From NCBI GenBank assembly GCA_965218795.1, contig OZ244653.1:512001-576000 (forward strand): a stretch of 64,000 bases of DNA, in the 5' to 3' direction. Below are positions 46,109 to 58,346 of this stretch, one piece after another (positions within the stretch are counted from its first letter, which is position 1; each line of letters opens with the position of its first letter). The notes beneath the pieces were generated by a model. It worked only from the letters and a program-made list of their open reading frames with translations. It did not search any database and had not been told where the DNA came from. This DNA comes from a bacterium (GTDB lineage: Bacteria > UBA8248 > JACPRG01 > G963555815). Both the position numbers and the translations under genes were made by a program.

Positions 46109-47107
46109 TCAAATCTTGAAGTCCAACAACGCTTCCAGAACCTCCCCAACGCCGATTTCGGATAGGCAGATGTGTCCGGAAGCCGATCCCTTTGCACATG
46201 CCTGGCAGCCGGCATTCCGCCGCAGGGTGACGACTTCCCGCCCCCGGGGCCCCCATACGGCCGGGTCGGTTGGGCCGAACAGGGCAACCGTCGAAGCGCC
46301 GCAGGCGGCCGCAAGGTGAGTCACCCCCGAATCGTTCCCCACGTATCCCGCAGACTGCCGGAGTATTCCGGCGAGTATGGGAAGAGGAGGGGAATCCAGC
46401 AAGTTGAGTGAAGTTCCATCCCCGCGGCGCTGAAGTCCGTCATGAATTTTGGAATCCGCCGGGCCGAAGATCCATATGACCTCGCCTTCGTATGACAAGT
46501 GGCGGGCGAGTTCGATGAAGTTGGAGATCGGCCAGCATTTCTGCACTCCTCCGCTTCCCGGATGAAGGAGATAATATTTCTTGCCGGGATAGACGCCGAG
46601 ACCTAGCAGTTCTTGGCGGGCCTGCTGGAGGTGCACTTTCGTCGGTTGCACAGTGGACATGTCGACCGGCGGCCGGTTGGAGGCGTTGACTCCAACCGGC
46701 AGAAGGGTGGCGAGGAGATAATCCGACGTGTGAAGCGGAGGCTCCTGAGCGGGCGGATGCGGCTCCGCCCGGATGATTCGTTTCGCCAGGGTCCCTAAGT
46801 TCCTTTCGAAGGTTTCGTCTCCCGGGGTCCAGGCGACCAGAAGGTCATACGGCGTGTCGCGCGAAAAGCTTCCTCGAATTTCCTCGGGTGTGGATATCCC
46901 GGAGCGTAGAATCGCGAACTCTCTCCCGTCCGCGGATCGGGTTCGGCTCAGGTTGATGGCGAGAGGGAGGATGGGGAGGTAGGCGGGATTGCCCGCCCAT
47001 TCGATGGCGCAAGGTTGGAAGTGACGCCTTACTGTGTGAACGGCCTGCAGGGCGAGCAGGGTGTCCCCCAGCCCGCCACCCCTGAGAATCATGATGTTTG
47101 CAGGCAT
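46109..47107 (-). CDS. Glycosyltransferase family 9 (LPS heptosyltransferase-like)
   Basis: GGLGDTL, HPGSG..KCWP, YVGNDSGVTHLAAA..ALFGPT. Confidence 0.9.
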   Translation of the reverse strand: MPANIMILRGGGLGDTLLALQAVHTVRRHFQPCAIEWAGNPAYLPILPLAINLSRTRSADGREFAILRSGISTPEEIRGSFSRDTPYDLLVAWTPGDETFERNLGTLAKRIIRAEPHPPAQEPPLHTSDYLLATLLPVGVNASNRPPVDMSTVQPTKVHLQQARQELLGLGVYPGKKYYLLHPGSGGVQKCWPISNFIELARHLSYEGEVIWIFGPADSKIHDGLQRRGDGTSLNLLDSPPLPILAGILRQSAGYVGNDSGVTHLAAACGASTVALFGPTDPAVWGPRGREVVTLRRNAGCQACAKGSASGHICLSEIGVGEVLEALLDFKI

Positions 47108-47203
47108 CGTAAGAGCGGTTCGCCTATCGAACGAAATGGAAAATCCCCTGTCCTGCGTCCGGAAGGACTCAGTGAGGAGAGGCGAAAGCAGGATTTCAGC
47201 CGG

Positions 47204-49123
47204 TTATTCTGCGAATTCTTCTTCGAACGAATGATCGCCGTCGCCCAGCTCGCTCAGAGGCTTCATCCAGACGATCTGGTATGGAGCCATGTCGACCCTG
47301 AGAATTCCTCCATCCGCCCTGTATCTCCCGCCACGGATCAGATCGTGCCATTCGAGTTCTTGGACGCCGAGTTCGGAGATGGCGAAGACGGCTTCGGCCT
47401 GCTCTTTGCTGACATTCGTCATGGCAAGAATATGTTGGTCTCCTTCGGGGGAGGTTCTCAGGATCGAAAACACCTGTTTTGAGGTTGTCAGGATCCGTCT
47501 CGGGCCGTGTGGGTGAAAGGCTCGCTGGCGGGTGCGCAGGAGAAGGATTCTGCTCAGGGCATCTGCAATGAGTGAGAGCTTCGACTCGGGGTTGCTTAGG
47601 CCCTTTGTGATTGTTCCCCTGTGAATCGGCTGCCGATTGATATCCCGTTTTGAGCCGGTTTCCCGGACAGCATCCGGAAGATTTTTGGTTCCGAGCACGC
47701 CGTGAACATAGATGCCCGGGACGCCCGGGAGCATGAGCGAAAGGCTTCGGGATGCAATAAAGCGACTGACCTGAAGGGAGAGAGCTTCATCGCCCCCTTC
47801 AGGGTTCAAGGCGCTCCACCAGGTGGAGTTGATCTCATAGGGTTCTTCCATGCCGTTTTTGGCCGTTTTGAAAGAAATGAACGCGCCCAGATCCTTGGCG
47901 CGCTCAGTGATTTTTTCGATTTTCTCCTTTCGAAGGATCCCTTGCACACCCATCAAACCGACTCCGTCGTGCGTGTCCAGCACATTGAAGAACGTCGTTG
48001 TATCTGAAGGACTCAACAGGTTTTCGGCCCAGTTGGAAATGGCAGTGACGTCTTCCTGATAGAAGGTGTGAAGGACAAGGGGAGGTAAGGCGAAGTTATA
48101 GACCATTTGAGCCTCATCGGACCCGTCTCCGAAGTAAGAAACGTTCTCCTCATGGGGAACGTTGGTTTCCGTTATCAGCGCCACATGGGGGGCGACGATT
48201 CCCAGGATGGTTCGGAACAGCTTGACAATTTCGTGCGTCTGCTCCAAGTGCACACTGCTGGTCCCGGGTTCTGCCCAGATGTACGTAACAGCGTCCAATC
48301 GAATGGTGTCAGCACCTTGGCGAACGTAGAACAGGAGCAGATCAACGACGCTCAACAAGACCTCGGGGTTCTTGTAGTTCAGGTCGACCTGGTCGTGGGA
48401 GAACGTCGTCCACACATATCGCGGTCCGTCGAGGGTCTCGAACCGGGTCAGGATGTCCGAGGTTCGAGGTCGGAATATCTTGCCTCGATCCTCAAGGGTC
48501 AATTCCTCAGGCGAACGAAATGAAATGAAGTAATCCTGGAACTTGGGGTTCCCGTTCAGGAATTCTCTGAACCAGGAGTGTTGAGAGGAAACATGGTTGA
48601 TCACCCCATCGAACATGAGTTGGAAACTGGTTTCCAGCCGGCCAATGTCTTGCCAGTTGCCGAGGCTGGAGTCCACGGAATAAAAATCAACAACGGAAAA
48701 TCCGCGGTCCGAGGAAGATGGATAGAAAGGGAGAATGTGAACACTGCTGATGATTTCGTTGTAGGTTTCGAGGGTTTCAGCCATTTGGTGTATCGGCGGG
48801 CCTTCACCACCGTGAAACATATCGCCATAGGTGATCAGAACCGTGTCGCTCTCCGTGAACCGCTCTCTCGGGTCGAAATGGAGATCCTCCTGAATCATCT
48901 CCGGTTGCTTGTGGGCGTAATAAACCTTGAGAATGCGCTCCAGTTCAGGAAGGCTGGTCTCAGCGGGATCCTCCCCATAAAGAATGCGGAGATGGGCCAA
49001 GAGCCTGTCCCGATGGTCCGATGAGATTTTCAGGAGGGGTTTCGAGAAATCGGGGCTCGGCTCGTGGACGGTTTTGGTGAAGGGGTGCGATTGTCCTGAA
49101 CCTTGAGGTAGGTCTTCCGCCAT
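47204..49123 (-). CDS. GH13 sugar phosphorylase (sucrose/glucosylglycerate phosphorylase-like)
   Basis: LITYGD, SSDRGFSV, WTTFSHDQVDLN, RLDAV, ITETNVP, THDGVG. Confidence 0.9.
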   Translation of the reverse strand: MAEDLPQGSGQSHPFTKTVHEPSPDFSKPLLKISSDHRDRLLAHLRILYGEDPAETSLPELERILKVYYAHKQPEMIQEDLHFDPRERFTESDTVLITYGDMFHGGEGPPIHQMAETLETYNEIISSVHILPFYPSSSDRGFSVVDFYSVDSSLGNWQDIGRLETSFQLMFDGVINHVSSQHSWFREFLNGNPKFQDYFISFRSPEELTLEDRGKIFRPRTSDILTRFETLDGPRYVWTTFSHDQVDLNYKNPEVLLSVVDLLLFYVRQGADTIRLDAVTYIWAEPGTSSVHLEQTHEIVKLFRTILGIVAPHVALITETNVPHEENVSYFGDGSDEAQMVYNFALPPLVLHTFYQEDVTAISNWAENLLSPSDTTTFFNVLDTHDGVGLMGVQGILRKEKIEKITERAKDLGAFISFKTAKNGMEEPYEINSTWWSALNPEGGDEALSLQVSRFIASRSLSLMLPGVPGIYVHGVLGTKNLPDAVRETGSKRDINRQPIHRGTITKGLSNPESKLSLIADALSRILLLRTRQRAFHPHGPRRILTTSKQVFSILRTSPEGDQHILAMTNVSKEQAEAVFAISELGVQELEWHDLIRGGRYRADGGILRVDMAPYQIVWMKPLSELGDGDHSFEEEFAE

Positions 49124-49434
49124 TTCGGTTCCGGCCTCTTGGGGGATGCGCTTTTCCCGCTCCGCGTTCGGAATCCGGGTTAGAGGGTTTCCTGCGAGTG
49201 AAGGAAGCCGGATGGGTGCCTCCCTTGTTTCCTGATACTCCTCAGGCGGACATTATATCAAGATGCAATGATATAAATTCAGCCGGAGGCTGGAATCATT
49301 TTCGGCGTGCCCGGCCAGCGGCGAATCGTATTCTGGGCAACCAAGATGACAGAGGGACGATTCCTCGACATGAAGACACAATCGATACTTCGGATCAGGC
49401 TCCTGGTCCTCACTCCGTTCACCAGGGGTCGAAG

Positions 49435-49741
49435 ATGGAAGTCCATCGGCGGCAATGTCGGAGTTGCGGCTCATATGACACAAAAAACATCCTCGTTCAG
49501 AATCGATTCCCCAACGAATGTTTTTGTGCGATGCGGGAAGTGTGGCAAGTTGGTGGCCGGATAAGTGTTGGGAGACGACTATCACGGGAAAGACCTTGAA
49601 TCGATTCTGCGTTCTCACGGCGCCGCGGCCGCCGAGAGCGGGAGGGACATCCTCGGGGACTTCAAGCGCGTTCAGGAGGGATCGGTCAAAGTTTATGAAC
49701 GCGCGCTGAAGGCGCTGGAGGAGCAAGGGAAGGCGGTCTGA
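49435..49741 (+). pseudogene. Small Zn-ribbon hypothetical with frameshift and stop
   Basis: MEVHRRQCRSCGS / VFVRCGKCGKLVAG*VLGDDYHGK... pieces in different frames. Confidence 0.4.
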
Positions 49742-51109
<1,368 letters not shown>

Positions 51110-51256
51110 CTCTCCGCACCAGAATAAGAAACATGGGGAGCGAAAGGCGCAGCCGTGGAAGTTTTCTGTTCCGGGATTTCAGGTGCGATATTTGTCTCGG
51201 TCCATGCACTTTGAATCCTTCCGAGCGTCGAAATGATTGCTTAAGGGACTTGATGA

Positions 51257-52180
51257 ATGACGAAGCGGGTTAAGGAAATTCTGAGTTGGTATGGCAGCGA
51301 TAATCCGGGATCTCTGACGAATCTCGCCCGCCTGTTGAACCACGGAAAATTAGGCGGCACGGGGAAAATGGTCATCTTGCCCGTGGATCAGGGGTTCGAG
51401 CACGGACCAGCGCGCAGTTTTGCGTCAAATCCGCCGGCGTACGATCCCCGGTACCACTTTGAGCTTGCCGTCAAATCGGGCTGTAACGCCTATGCCGCTC
51501 CCTTGGGATTTCTGGAGGCTGGAGTCCGGGAGTTTGCGGGCGAAGTTCCTCTTATCCTCAAGGTCAACGACCACGATGTCCTTCTCCACGAGACCGACCC
51601 CAATCAGGCATTGACCGGCTCGGTGTCGGATGCGCTTCGTTTAGGATGCGTCGGAATTGGATTCACGATCTATCCGGGGTCCGCGCACCGAATCGAAATG
51701 TACGAGCAAATTCGGGCCTATGCGGAAGAAGCCAAGGATTGCGGTTTGGTCGTCGTTATCTGGTCTTATCCGCGAGGATCGGGGCTGAGCAAGGAAGGCG
51801 AAACGGCGATTGATGTCACCGGGTATGCCGCGCACATTGCCGCTCAGCTCGGGGCCCACATCGTCAAGGTCAAGCTGCCTTCCGCCCACATCGAACAGGA
51901 CGCCGCCCGCAAGGTTTACGAGAAAGAGAAAGTCCGGATTGAGACGCTGCCCCAGCGGGTTCAACACATCGTGCAGTGCACGTTCGACGGACGGCGAATC
52001 GTGATCTTTTCAGGAGGTCCAACGCAGTCGGACAAGGCTGTATTCGAGGAGGTTCGCGCAATCAGGGATGGGAACGGATTCGGCTCGATCATCGGCCGGA
52101 ACTCGTTCCAACGGAAAAAGGCCGGCGCCCTCCGCTTTCTGGATACGATCATCCAGATCTATGCTGGGAAGGTGAAGTAA
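51257..52180 (+). CDS. fbaB: Class I fructose-bisphosphate aldolase (DhnA type)
   Basis: ILPVDQGFEHGP, WSYPRG, GAHIVKVK, FSGG, GSIIGRN. Confidence 0.92.
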   Translation: MTKRVKEILSWYGSDNPGSLTNLARLLNHGKLGGTGKMVILPVDQGFEHGPARSFASNPPAYDPRYHFELAVKSGCNAYAAPLGFLEAGVREFAGEVPLILKVNDHDVLLHETDPNQALTGSVSDALRLGCVGIGFTIYPGSAHRIEMYEQIRAYAEEAKDCGLVVVIWSYPRGSGLSKEGETAIDVTGYAAHIAAQLGAHIVKVKLPSAHIEQDAARKVYEKEKVRIETLPQRVQHIVQCTFDGRRIVIFSGGPTQSDKAVFEEVRAIRDGNGFGSIIGRNSFQRKKAGALRFLDTIIQIYAGKVK

Positions 52181-52189
52181 TTCAGCGGA

Positions 52190-52837
52190 AGAGGGAAATG
52201 CCGGTTCGCATCTTGGCGCAGCGGAATGAAATGAGGGCGCTCCGGGCGTCCGGTTCGTTACTGTAGCGGAGGGAGGCTCGAAAGTTATTTGTATTCTTTC
52301 AGATCCACGAATCTCCGCGCATAACTCGCAGGCTACTGATTCCGGGCCTTTAGGGTTACGGTCCGGGACGTCCTTGTAGCTGCTTCCCGAACCTGAAGGC
52401 GCTCGCCGGTTGGCATCTGACTTCTTCATCCATTCCGCACCGGTCCAGACATATCCCCGATCACCCTTTCCCGTCTCCGTTCGGTAACCAGTGGCCTCAG
52501 CAAAACGACCGAACGCTGTATTCCTCACCGGATACTTGTCGATAAAGTAATCATTCAGGTGTACGCGCCGCTGCGGCTTCTCGCTATCATTCCTCCCGTT
52601 ATTGCTCCCCATGATGAAATCGCCTGCGAGAACAAAACCGTCGTATTCAGCCCGATCCTGGTCTGATGCGGCTTGGGGGGGCCCGACGGCATCCTTCAGA
52701 GCGAAACTATGCCGTGGGAATCTGAGGCGCTCGTAGCTGTCGATACCAATGACGACAGCCCAAGAGTCGGCGCAGAGGGAGGGAACGGCTAAAAGGACCG
52801 TCAGCGCGAAGTTCAGCCTGAGACGCCACAACTTCAT
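52190..52837 (-). pseudogene. Eroded caspase-like / formylglycine-generating-enzyme domain gene
   Basis: Signal peptide, WAVVIGIDSY, FIMGS..EKPQRRVHLNDYFIDKYPV.N, out-of-frame FRCAK; large internal gaps. Confidence 0.6.
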
Positions 52838-52944
52838 GGAGAACCTCGATAAGGTATTAGCAGTCATGAAACCATTGAATATGGGGAATGAGAAGGTGGG
52901 CCACATGCCGGCGGAGGAAATCAATTGAAATGGAAGGAAGTGAT

Positions 52945-53020
52945 TGGTGGAGGATACCGGGATCGAACCGGTGACCTCGTGATTGCGAACCACGCGCTCT
53001 CCCAGCTGAGCTAATCCCCC
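52945..53020 (-). tRNA. tRNA-Ala(CGC)
   Basis: GGGGGATTAGCTCAGCTGGGAGAGCGCGTGGTTCGCAATCACGAGGTCACCGGTTCGATCCCGGTATCCTCCACCA; 76 nt, G3:U70, CCA. Confidence 0.97.
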
Positions 53021-53059
53021 ACCGAACATCGAATATTTAGATACAACCCTCGGAAGCTG

Positions 53060-54037
53060 TCAAGCTTGAGCCTCCGGGGCCTCCTTGGTCCTGCCCCGCC
53101 AGTAATCCAATAGGTCTTTCAGCGATTGGTCGAGTGGGATTTCGGGTTTCCAGCCGGTCGCTTGCTTCAGCTTTGCATTGTCGCCATCCAGAAGGGGCGT
53201 ATCCACGGGACGCATCCGCTCCGGGACCTGGACCTTCTGCAAGGGGCAAGGGCTCAGGGCGATCAGCCGGTCCAGAACCGTCTCGACCGAAAGGACCGTA
53301 TCCCCGCAAACATTGTAGGCTTCCCCCGGCCGGCCCCGCTCCATGAGAAGAGCATAGGCCCGAACAATGTCTCGAACGTCATTGAAATTTCGTCGGGCCG
53401 AGAGATTCCCCACGTGGATCTCGCCTCCACCCTGACCCTCGCGCTCGGCGACCTGCCGCGCAAAGTTACCGATGGCGTGTTTGTCCGCTGGGCCCGGACC
53501 GATGTGGTTGAAGGCTCGCGCCCGCAGGATTTCCAAGCCGTACGTCTCTTGATAGAGTGCGGCCACCTGATCCGCAACCGCCTTGCTGATTCCGTAGGGG
53601 TCATTGGGTCTTAGGGGCATATCCTCAACAAGCTTGCCGTCCGCCGGCGGGAGACCGTACACGGTCGCGGAACTGACCAGGAGGATCCTGGTCTCAAGAC
53701 TCAGCGCCCGGCAGCCATCGAGAAGATTGACTGTCCCCAAGCTATTGACTCGAAACGTTTCCCCCGGCTCCTGCCAACTCAACCCCACCGCGGCCTGGGC
53801 CGCCAGATGGAAAATTCGGCTTGGCTTCGCTCCTGAAAGGGTTTTCTGTGTGTCGATCGGATCTTTCAAATCACAAGGAATCAGTGGGATGAGACCATCG
53901 GGAAAATCGGGAGGTATTTCTCCGTACCTCGTACCGGCCACATCCATCCCTTGCGAAAGGAGATGTTCGACGAGAACGCGCCCTGCGAAACCCGTCGCTC
54001 CCGTTACGAGAACTCGATGAGCCATCACTGATCCCAT
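53060..54037 (-). CDS. NAD-dependent nucleotide-sugar epimerase/dehydratase (Rmd/Gmd-like)
   Basis: VLVTGATGFAG, HLAAQA, PYGISK, RAFNHIGPG, GNLSARR. Confidence 0.88.
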   Translation of the reverse strand: MGSVMAHRVLVTGATGFAGRVLVEHLLSQGMDVAGTRYGEIPPDFPDGLIPLIPCDLKDPIDTQKTLSGAKPSRIFHLAAQAAVGLSWQEPGETFRVNSLGTVNLLDGCRALSLETRILLVSSATVYGLPPADGKLVEDMPLRPNDPYGISKAVADQVAALYQETYGLEILRARAFNHIGPGPADKHAIGNFARQVAEREGQGGGEIHVGNLSARRNFNDVRDIVRAYALLMERGRPGEAYNVCGDTVLSVETVLDRLIALSPCPLQKVQVPERMRPVDTPLLDGDNAKLKQATGWKPEIPLDQSLKDLLDYWRGRTKEAPEAQA

Positions 54038-54368
54038 TTTGGCGGAACCGAATGATTCCTGCTTTCGGCTTCCCGCTCCGAGGGTTGTCCAATGCCGTCA
54101 CCCTTTCAGAATGTAACATAAACGGGCGCGTTCCAAGATTTCCGTGCAGGGCAGGGGGCTGGCGGTCTCCTTCGACACGAGGATTTTCTTCACAAGTTCC
54201 ACCTGATGAGGACAGTCAGCGGGTCCTGCGCCCCGCGATTGAGTCTGCTAGACTGATAATTTATTCAGGTTTCAGTTGGCGATAAATTCGAGCTTTAAAG
54301 GAGGAAAGTCCGGCGGGATCCGAGCCGGAATTCCACAGATTCAGACGGGAGCGCGGAAGGGATTGGAA

Positions 54369-55769
54369 ATGGCCGATTTTGACGTGGCCGTCATTGGAGG
54401 TGGTCCTGCGGGCTATGTGGCCGGGATTCGCGGCGCGCAGATGGGCGGGAGGGTCTGCGTCATCGAACGGGAAAGGGCCGGGGGAGTCTGTTTGAATTGG
54501 GGCTGCATCCCCACGAAAAGCCTGATCGCTTCAGTGGAAGTCCTCCGGATGACACGGCGCGCTGCTGAATATGGAGTGACGATTGACGGAGATGTCCGGG
54601 CCGATTTCGCCGGGATGATGGCGCGGAAGGACAGGATCGTCGATGGGATGGTCAAGGGAATTGAAGGGCTGTTCAAGAGTCACGGGGTCACCCATCTGAA
54701 CGGTCATGCTTCATTCAAATCCGCCGGCCTCATAGAGATGAAGGGATCGGATGGCGAAATTTCCGAGGTCTCCGCCGACAATGTCCTGATCGCGACTGGC
54801 TCTCGTCCCGGCCAGATACCGAATTTCCCGACCGATGGAAAAAATATCCTTTCGTCCGATGACGCTGTGGTCATGAAGGAGATACCGAACAGTCTGATCA
54901 TCGTCGGCGCCGGAATCATCGGATGCGAATTTGCCTTCATCTTCAGCGCGCTTGGATGCGAGGTCACGATTCTCGATATGTTGCCGCGCGCAGTCGCCAC
55001 GGAAGACGAGGATATCTCGAAGCTCCTGGAGCGTGAGTTGAAGAAAGAGAAGATACGCCTTGTCGTCAATCAGGAAATCGAGCGCGTAGAGAAAAAATCC
55101 GGATTTGTGGAGGCGGCCCTGGCTGGCGGAGAACGGATGAAAGCGGAAAAGGCGCTCATCTCGATCGGACGCGCCATGAACACTGACGGAATGGGCTTGG
55201 AGACGATCGGCGTCGCCCTGACGGACCGGGGGACGATTCAGGTCAATCCACGGATGGAGACGAGCGTTGCCGGAGTTTTCGCCGCCGGAGACGTGGCGGG
55301 AGGAAAACTCCTGGCCCACAAGGCGAGTGCGGAGGGAATCGCCGCAATGACGAACGCCCTGGGCGGGGACAGGTCCGTGCGGTATGAAACCGTCCCGGCG
55401 GGAATTTTCACACATCCCGAGATCGGCAGTATCGGATTGACGGAGGCCCAGGCCCGTGAATCCGGGAGGCCCATTCGGACCGGCCGTTTTCCCTGCAGGG
55501 CGCTTGGTAGGGCTCAAGTGGCGGGCGAAATCACAGGCGAGGTCAAGATTGTCTCGGATGAGGCGACCGGCGAGATCCTGGGCGTTCATATCATCGGCGC
55601 GCAGGCCGCCGATCTGATCCATGAAGCCGCCTTGGCCATGACATGGGAACTGGGCGTCGAGGAACTGGCGGAAACAATTCACGCGCACCCGACGCTTTCC
55701 GAGGGGGTCATGGAGGCCGCCCACGCCGTCCAGGGGATGAGCGTCCATCAGCCCAGGCCACCGAAGTGA
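54369..55769 (+). CDS. lpdA: Dihydrolipoyl dehydrogenase
   Basis: IGGGPAGY, GGVCLNWGCIPTK, AGDV..LAHKA, HAHPTLSE. Confidence 0.96.
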   Translation: MADFDVAVIGGGPAGYVAGIRGAQMGGRVCVIERERAGGVCLNWGCIPTKSLIASVEVLRMTRRAAEYGVTIDGDVRADFAGMMARKDRIVDGMVKGIEGLFKSHGVTHLNGHASFKSAGLIEMKGSDGEISEVSADNVLIATGSRPGQIPNFPTDGKNILSSDDAVVMKEIPNSLIIVGAGIIGCEFAFIFSALGCEVTILDMLPRAVATEDEDISKLLERELKKEKIRLVVNQEIERVEKKSGFVEAALAGGERMKAEKALISIGRAMNTDGMGLETIGVALTDRGTIQVNPRMETSVAGVFAAGDVAGGKLLAHKASAEGIAAMTNALGGDRSVRYETVPAGIFTHPEIGSIGLTEAQARESGRPIRTGRFPCRALGRAQVAGEITGEVKIVSDEATGEILGVHIIGAQAADLIHEAALAMTWELGVEELAETIHAHPTLSEGVMEAAHAVQGMSVHQPRPPK

Positions 55770-55839
55770 GCGGCCCCGAAATTTCATGGATCGGTGGACA
55801 AAGGGAATCGAGGATTCATCACCTGAAGGCGAAAAATTA

Positions 55840-56703
55840 TTGACCGTCCCTGAAATTCAAAAGGTAGGTGTTGTCGGGACCGGGACCATGGGGCACGGAA
55901 TTGCCTGGGTGTCGGCTCTTTTCGGGTATGAGACCTGCATCTTCGACCAATTACCCGAGGCTCTTCAGCGCGGCCGAGAGAATATCCTGAAAGGCTTGGA
56001 GAGGGGAATCGAGAAGGGCCGTTTGAAGGCCGAAGATCGCGACGCCGCCATCGCGCGGTTGAATGACGTATAGGAAATGGATGAGATGGTGGATTGCGAC
56101 CTGGTCGTGGAGGCGGCCCCTGAGAATCTTGAGCTCAAACAAGACATTTTTCGACGCCTGGACGGCTTGACCCGTCCTGAGGCAGTCCTGGGGACCAATA
56201 CCTCCTCCATTTCAGTTACGAAAATTGCTTCCTCGGTCCAAAATCCCGGCCGGGTGATTGGAGTTCACTTTTGGCTCCCCGTCCCGGTGATGCCGTTGCT
56301 GGAGATGATCCGGGGCCTGGAAACCAGCGATAGAACGGCGGATCTGGCCAGGCGATGGGGAGAGAGCCTCGGAAAGACCGTGGTGGAATCCCAAGATCCC
56401 CCCGGTTTCATCGGCAACCGGTTTCTGATGCCGATGATCAACGAGGCCATCTTTGTCCTGTACGAGGGTGTCGGGACAGCGGAGGGAATTGATAAGGTCG
56501 CGAAGCTGGGAATGTCGCAACCGATAGGTCCCCTGGCCCTGGCGGACTTGGTGGGACTGGATACGCTGCTTTCCATCCTGGAGGTTTTGCATCGGGAGAT
56601 GGGGGATCCTAAATATCGACCGTGTCCGCTCTTGCGCCAGATGGTCGACGCAGGCCGTTTGGGCAGGAAGTCGGGGAGAGGGTTTTTCGAGTATTCGAAA
56701 TAG
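55840..56703 (+). pseudogene. 3-hydroxybutyryl-CoA dehydrogenase interrupted by an in-frame TAG (56071-56073)
   Basis: GVVGTGTMGHGIA upstream of the stop; VEAAPE, TNTSS, GVHF, PGFIGNR, LGRKSGRGF downstream in the same frame. Confidence 0.85.
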
Positions 56704-56770
56704 CTCGAATTGTGTACACGGCATCAACCGTATCCGGGGTTGAGCCGCAACCGGGATCGAAAGAATCGTC

Positions 56771-58285
56771 ATGGACGATCAGTATACAGGCGATCTCAAT
56801 GTCAAACGACTGACCGCTGCCATTGAATCGCTCCGGGAGCGAATTGATTCTTTGCCCTCCGGCCACGCTTCCCCCGGTCTGACGACCGATGATTACCGCG
56901 AATTGATGGAGACCCGGGTGCGGAAAGGGGTTATCTCGTCGGTTTTCCGCTCATCGTTGCTCTTCATGGTATTGATGGCCGCCTTCATTGCGGCCGGAAC
57001 CTGGCTGTGGCTCGGTCGGGAATTCCGCTCTTTGGCGGATGAAATCCGAGATCAGGAAGTCCCCAGGGCGCTGCGGCAACAAATCGGCGAGCGCCTCAAT
57101 ACGGTCGTCGAAGAAAAAGCCAAGGAGGTGTCCGAAGGTTTTCGAGAAGAAATGATGAAAGCCCGGCGGAACCAGGCCGACCAGTACCTTTCGTCCAATT
57201 CGAAGATTCTCCAAATCCAGGGGCTGAAAATTCTACGTGAATCAGGCGCCGCCGCCGCCGTGGATCGGGTCCTGAGATTCATGCGGGAGAAGGGCTCCCT
57301 CAGTCCGCTCTCTCCTGAACTCCGGGAGGCCAATTTCGATTATGGCGTGCAGGCGTTGCTGTCGCTGGGGTCCGAGGAGGCTCAAGGCGCGTTGCGACAA
57401 ATCATTGCGGACCCCGGCTACGCCTCCGACATACGGGCGGATGCCACGAGAGCGGCTACGATTCTGGAGGATCGCAAGGCCTTGCCGGCACTGCGCGCCG
57501 CGTTGGGAGATACGGATCGAGACGTGCGTCGGGCGTCGGTCGAAGCCGTAGAAAGGATGGAAGCGCGGGAATCGTGGCCTTATCTGGTCCGGATTCTTTC
57601 AGAAGGACGATACCCCAAGGATTTCCCCAGAGTCATCGCCGCATTGAAGAAACTCGGAGTCACCCAGGCGTCGGAGGCGGTGGTGGCCATTGTGGAGCGG
57701 ACCGCCAAGGACCCCGCGGACCTGTCCAAGCATCTCAAGACGCATCTGGAGGGGATTACCTATTTCCGCGTGATGAAAACGGAGACCGCGCTTCCCATCC
57801 TGTTTGATTTCCTGATGCACCCGAACCCGGATGTGCGGTTACAGGCCGTTGCGGCGGTCCGTGAGTTGGCGGCGATCAATCTGGGAACGCTGGAGGAGTG
57901 GAAGACTCAGGATGCAGAATGGCGAGCGGCGAAAGTGACCGAATGGCGGGAGCGCGCGATAGCCGCGGGAAAACTGAAGCCCCGGCCCGAAAGCGAGGAC
58001 GTCGCCGCTCCGAAGGGACCACTGCTCCCTTCCGGCGCATCGTCCTCCGTTTCGGAGGAATCGAAATCCAAAGCACCCGCCGCGGCATTGTCCCAAGTTC
58101 CAGGATCCGACGGGACTCATTTTCCAACCGAACGTCCTATTGAGAAGTGGGAAGGATTGACAGAAGGAGCCGAGTCCGACAGTCCTTCTTCCGGCATGCC
58201 GGATCAACCTGTCGTCACTCCCCCCGGCTCGTTCCCGCCGGAGACAGGGGGGGCAAGTCCGCCGGAAAGCCGGTCCAATCCCTGA
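56771..58285 (+). CDS. Membrane-anchored HEAT-repeat protein
   Basis: One TM segment; ALPALRAALGDTDRDVRRAS and ALPIL..HPNPDVRLQAV repeats; Pro/Ser-rich tail. Confidence 0.75.
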   Translation: MDDQYTGDLNVKRLTAAIESLRERIDSLPSGHASPGLTTDDYRELMETRVRKGVISSVFRSSLLFMVLMAAFIAAGTWLWLGREFRSLADEIRDQEVPRALRQQIGERLNTVVEEKAKEVSEGFREEMMKARRNQADQYLSSNSKILQIQGLKILRESGAAAAVDRVLRFMREKGSLSPLSPELREANFDYGVQALLSLGSEEAQGALRQIIADPGYASDIRADATRAATILEDRKALPALRAALGDTDRDVRRASVEAVERMEARESWPYLVRILSEGRYPKDFPRVIAALKKLGVTQASEAVVAIVERTAKDPADLSKHLKTHLEGITYFRVMKTETALPILFDFLMHPNPDVRLQAVAAVRELAAINLGTLEEWKTQDAEWRAAKVTEWRERAIAAGKLKPRPESEDVAAPKGPLLPSGASSSVSEESKSKAPAAALSQVPGSDGTHFPTERPIEKWEGLTEGAESDSPSSGMPDQPVVTPPGSFPPETGGASPPESRSNP

Positions 58286-58346
58286 TTTTGGTCATGACGG
58301 ATTTTTCCGGGATTCGCGTCGGCCTCATTGCCGAAGGCTACCCGGC

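Noticed and set aside
52010-53029. 339 aa ORF as a real gene
   Set aside because: It starts in tRNA-Ala and runs antisense into the aldolase; only the middle is a pseudogene relic
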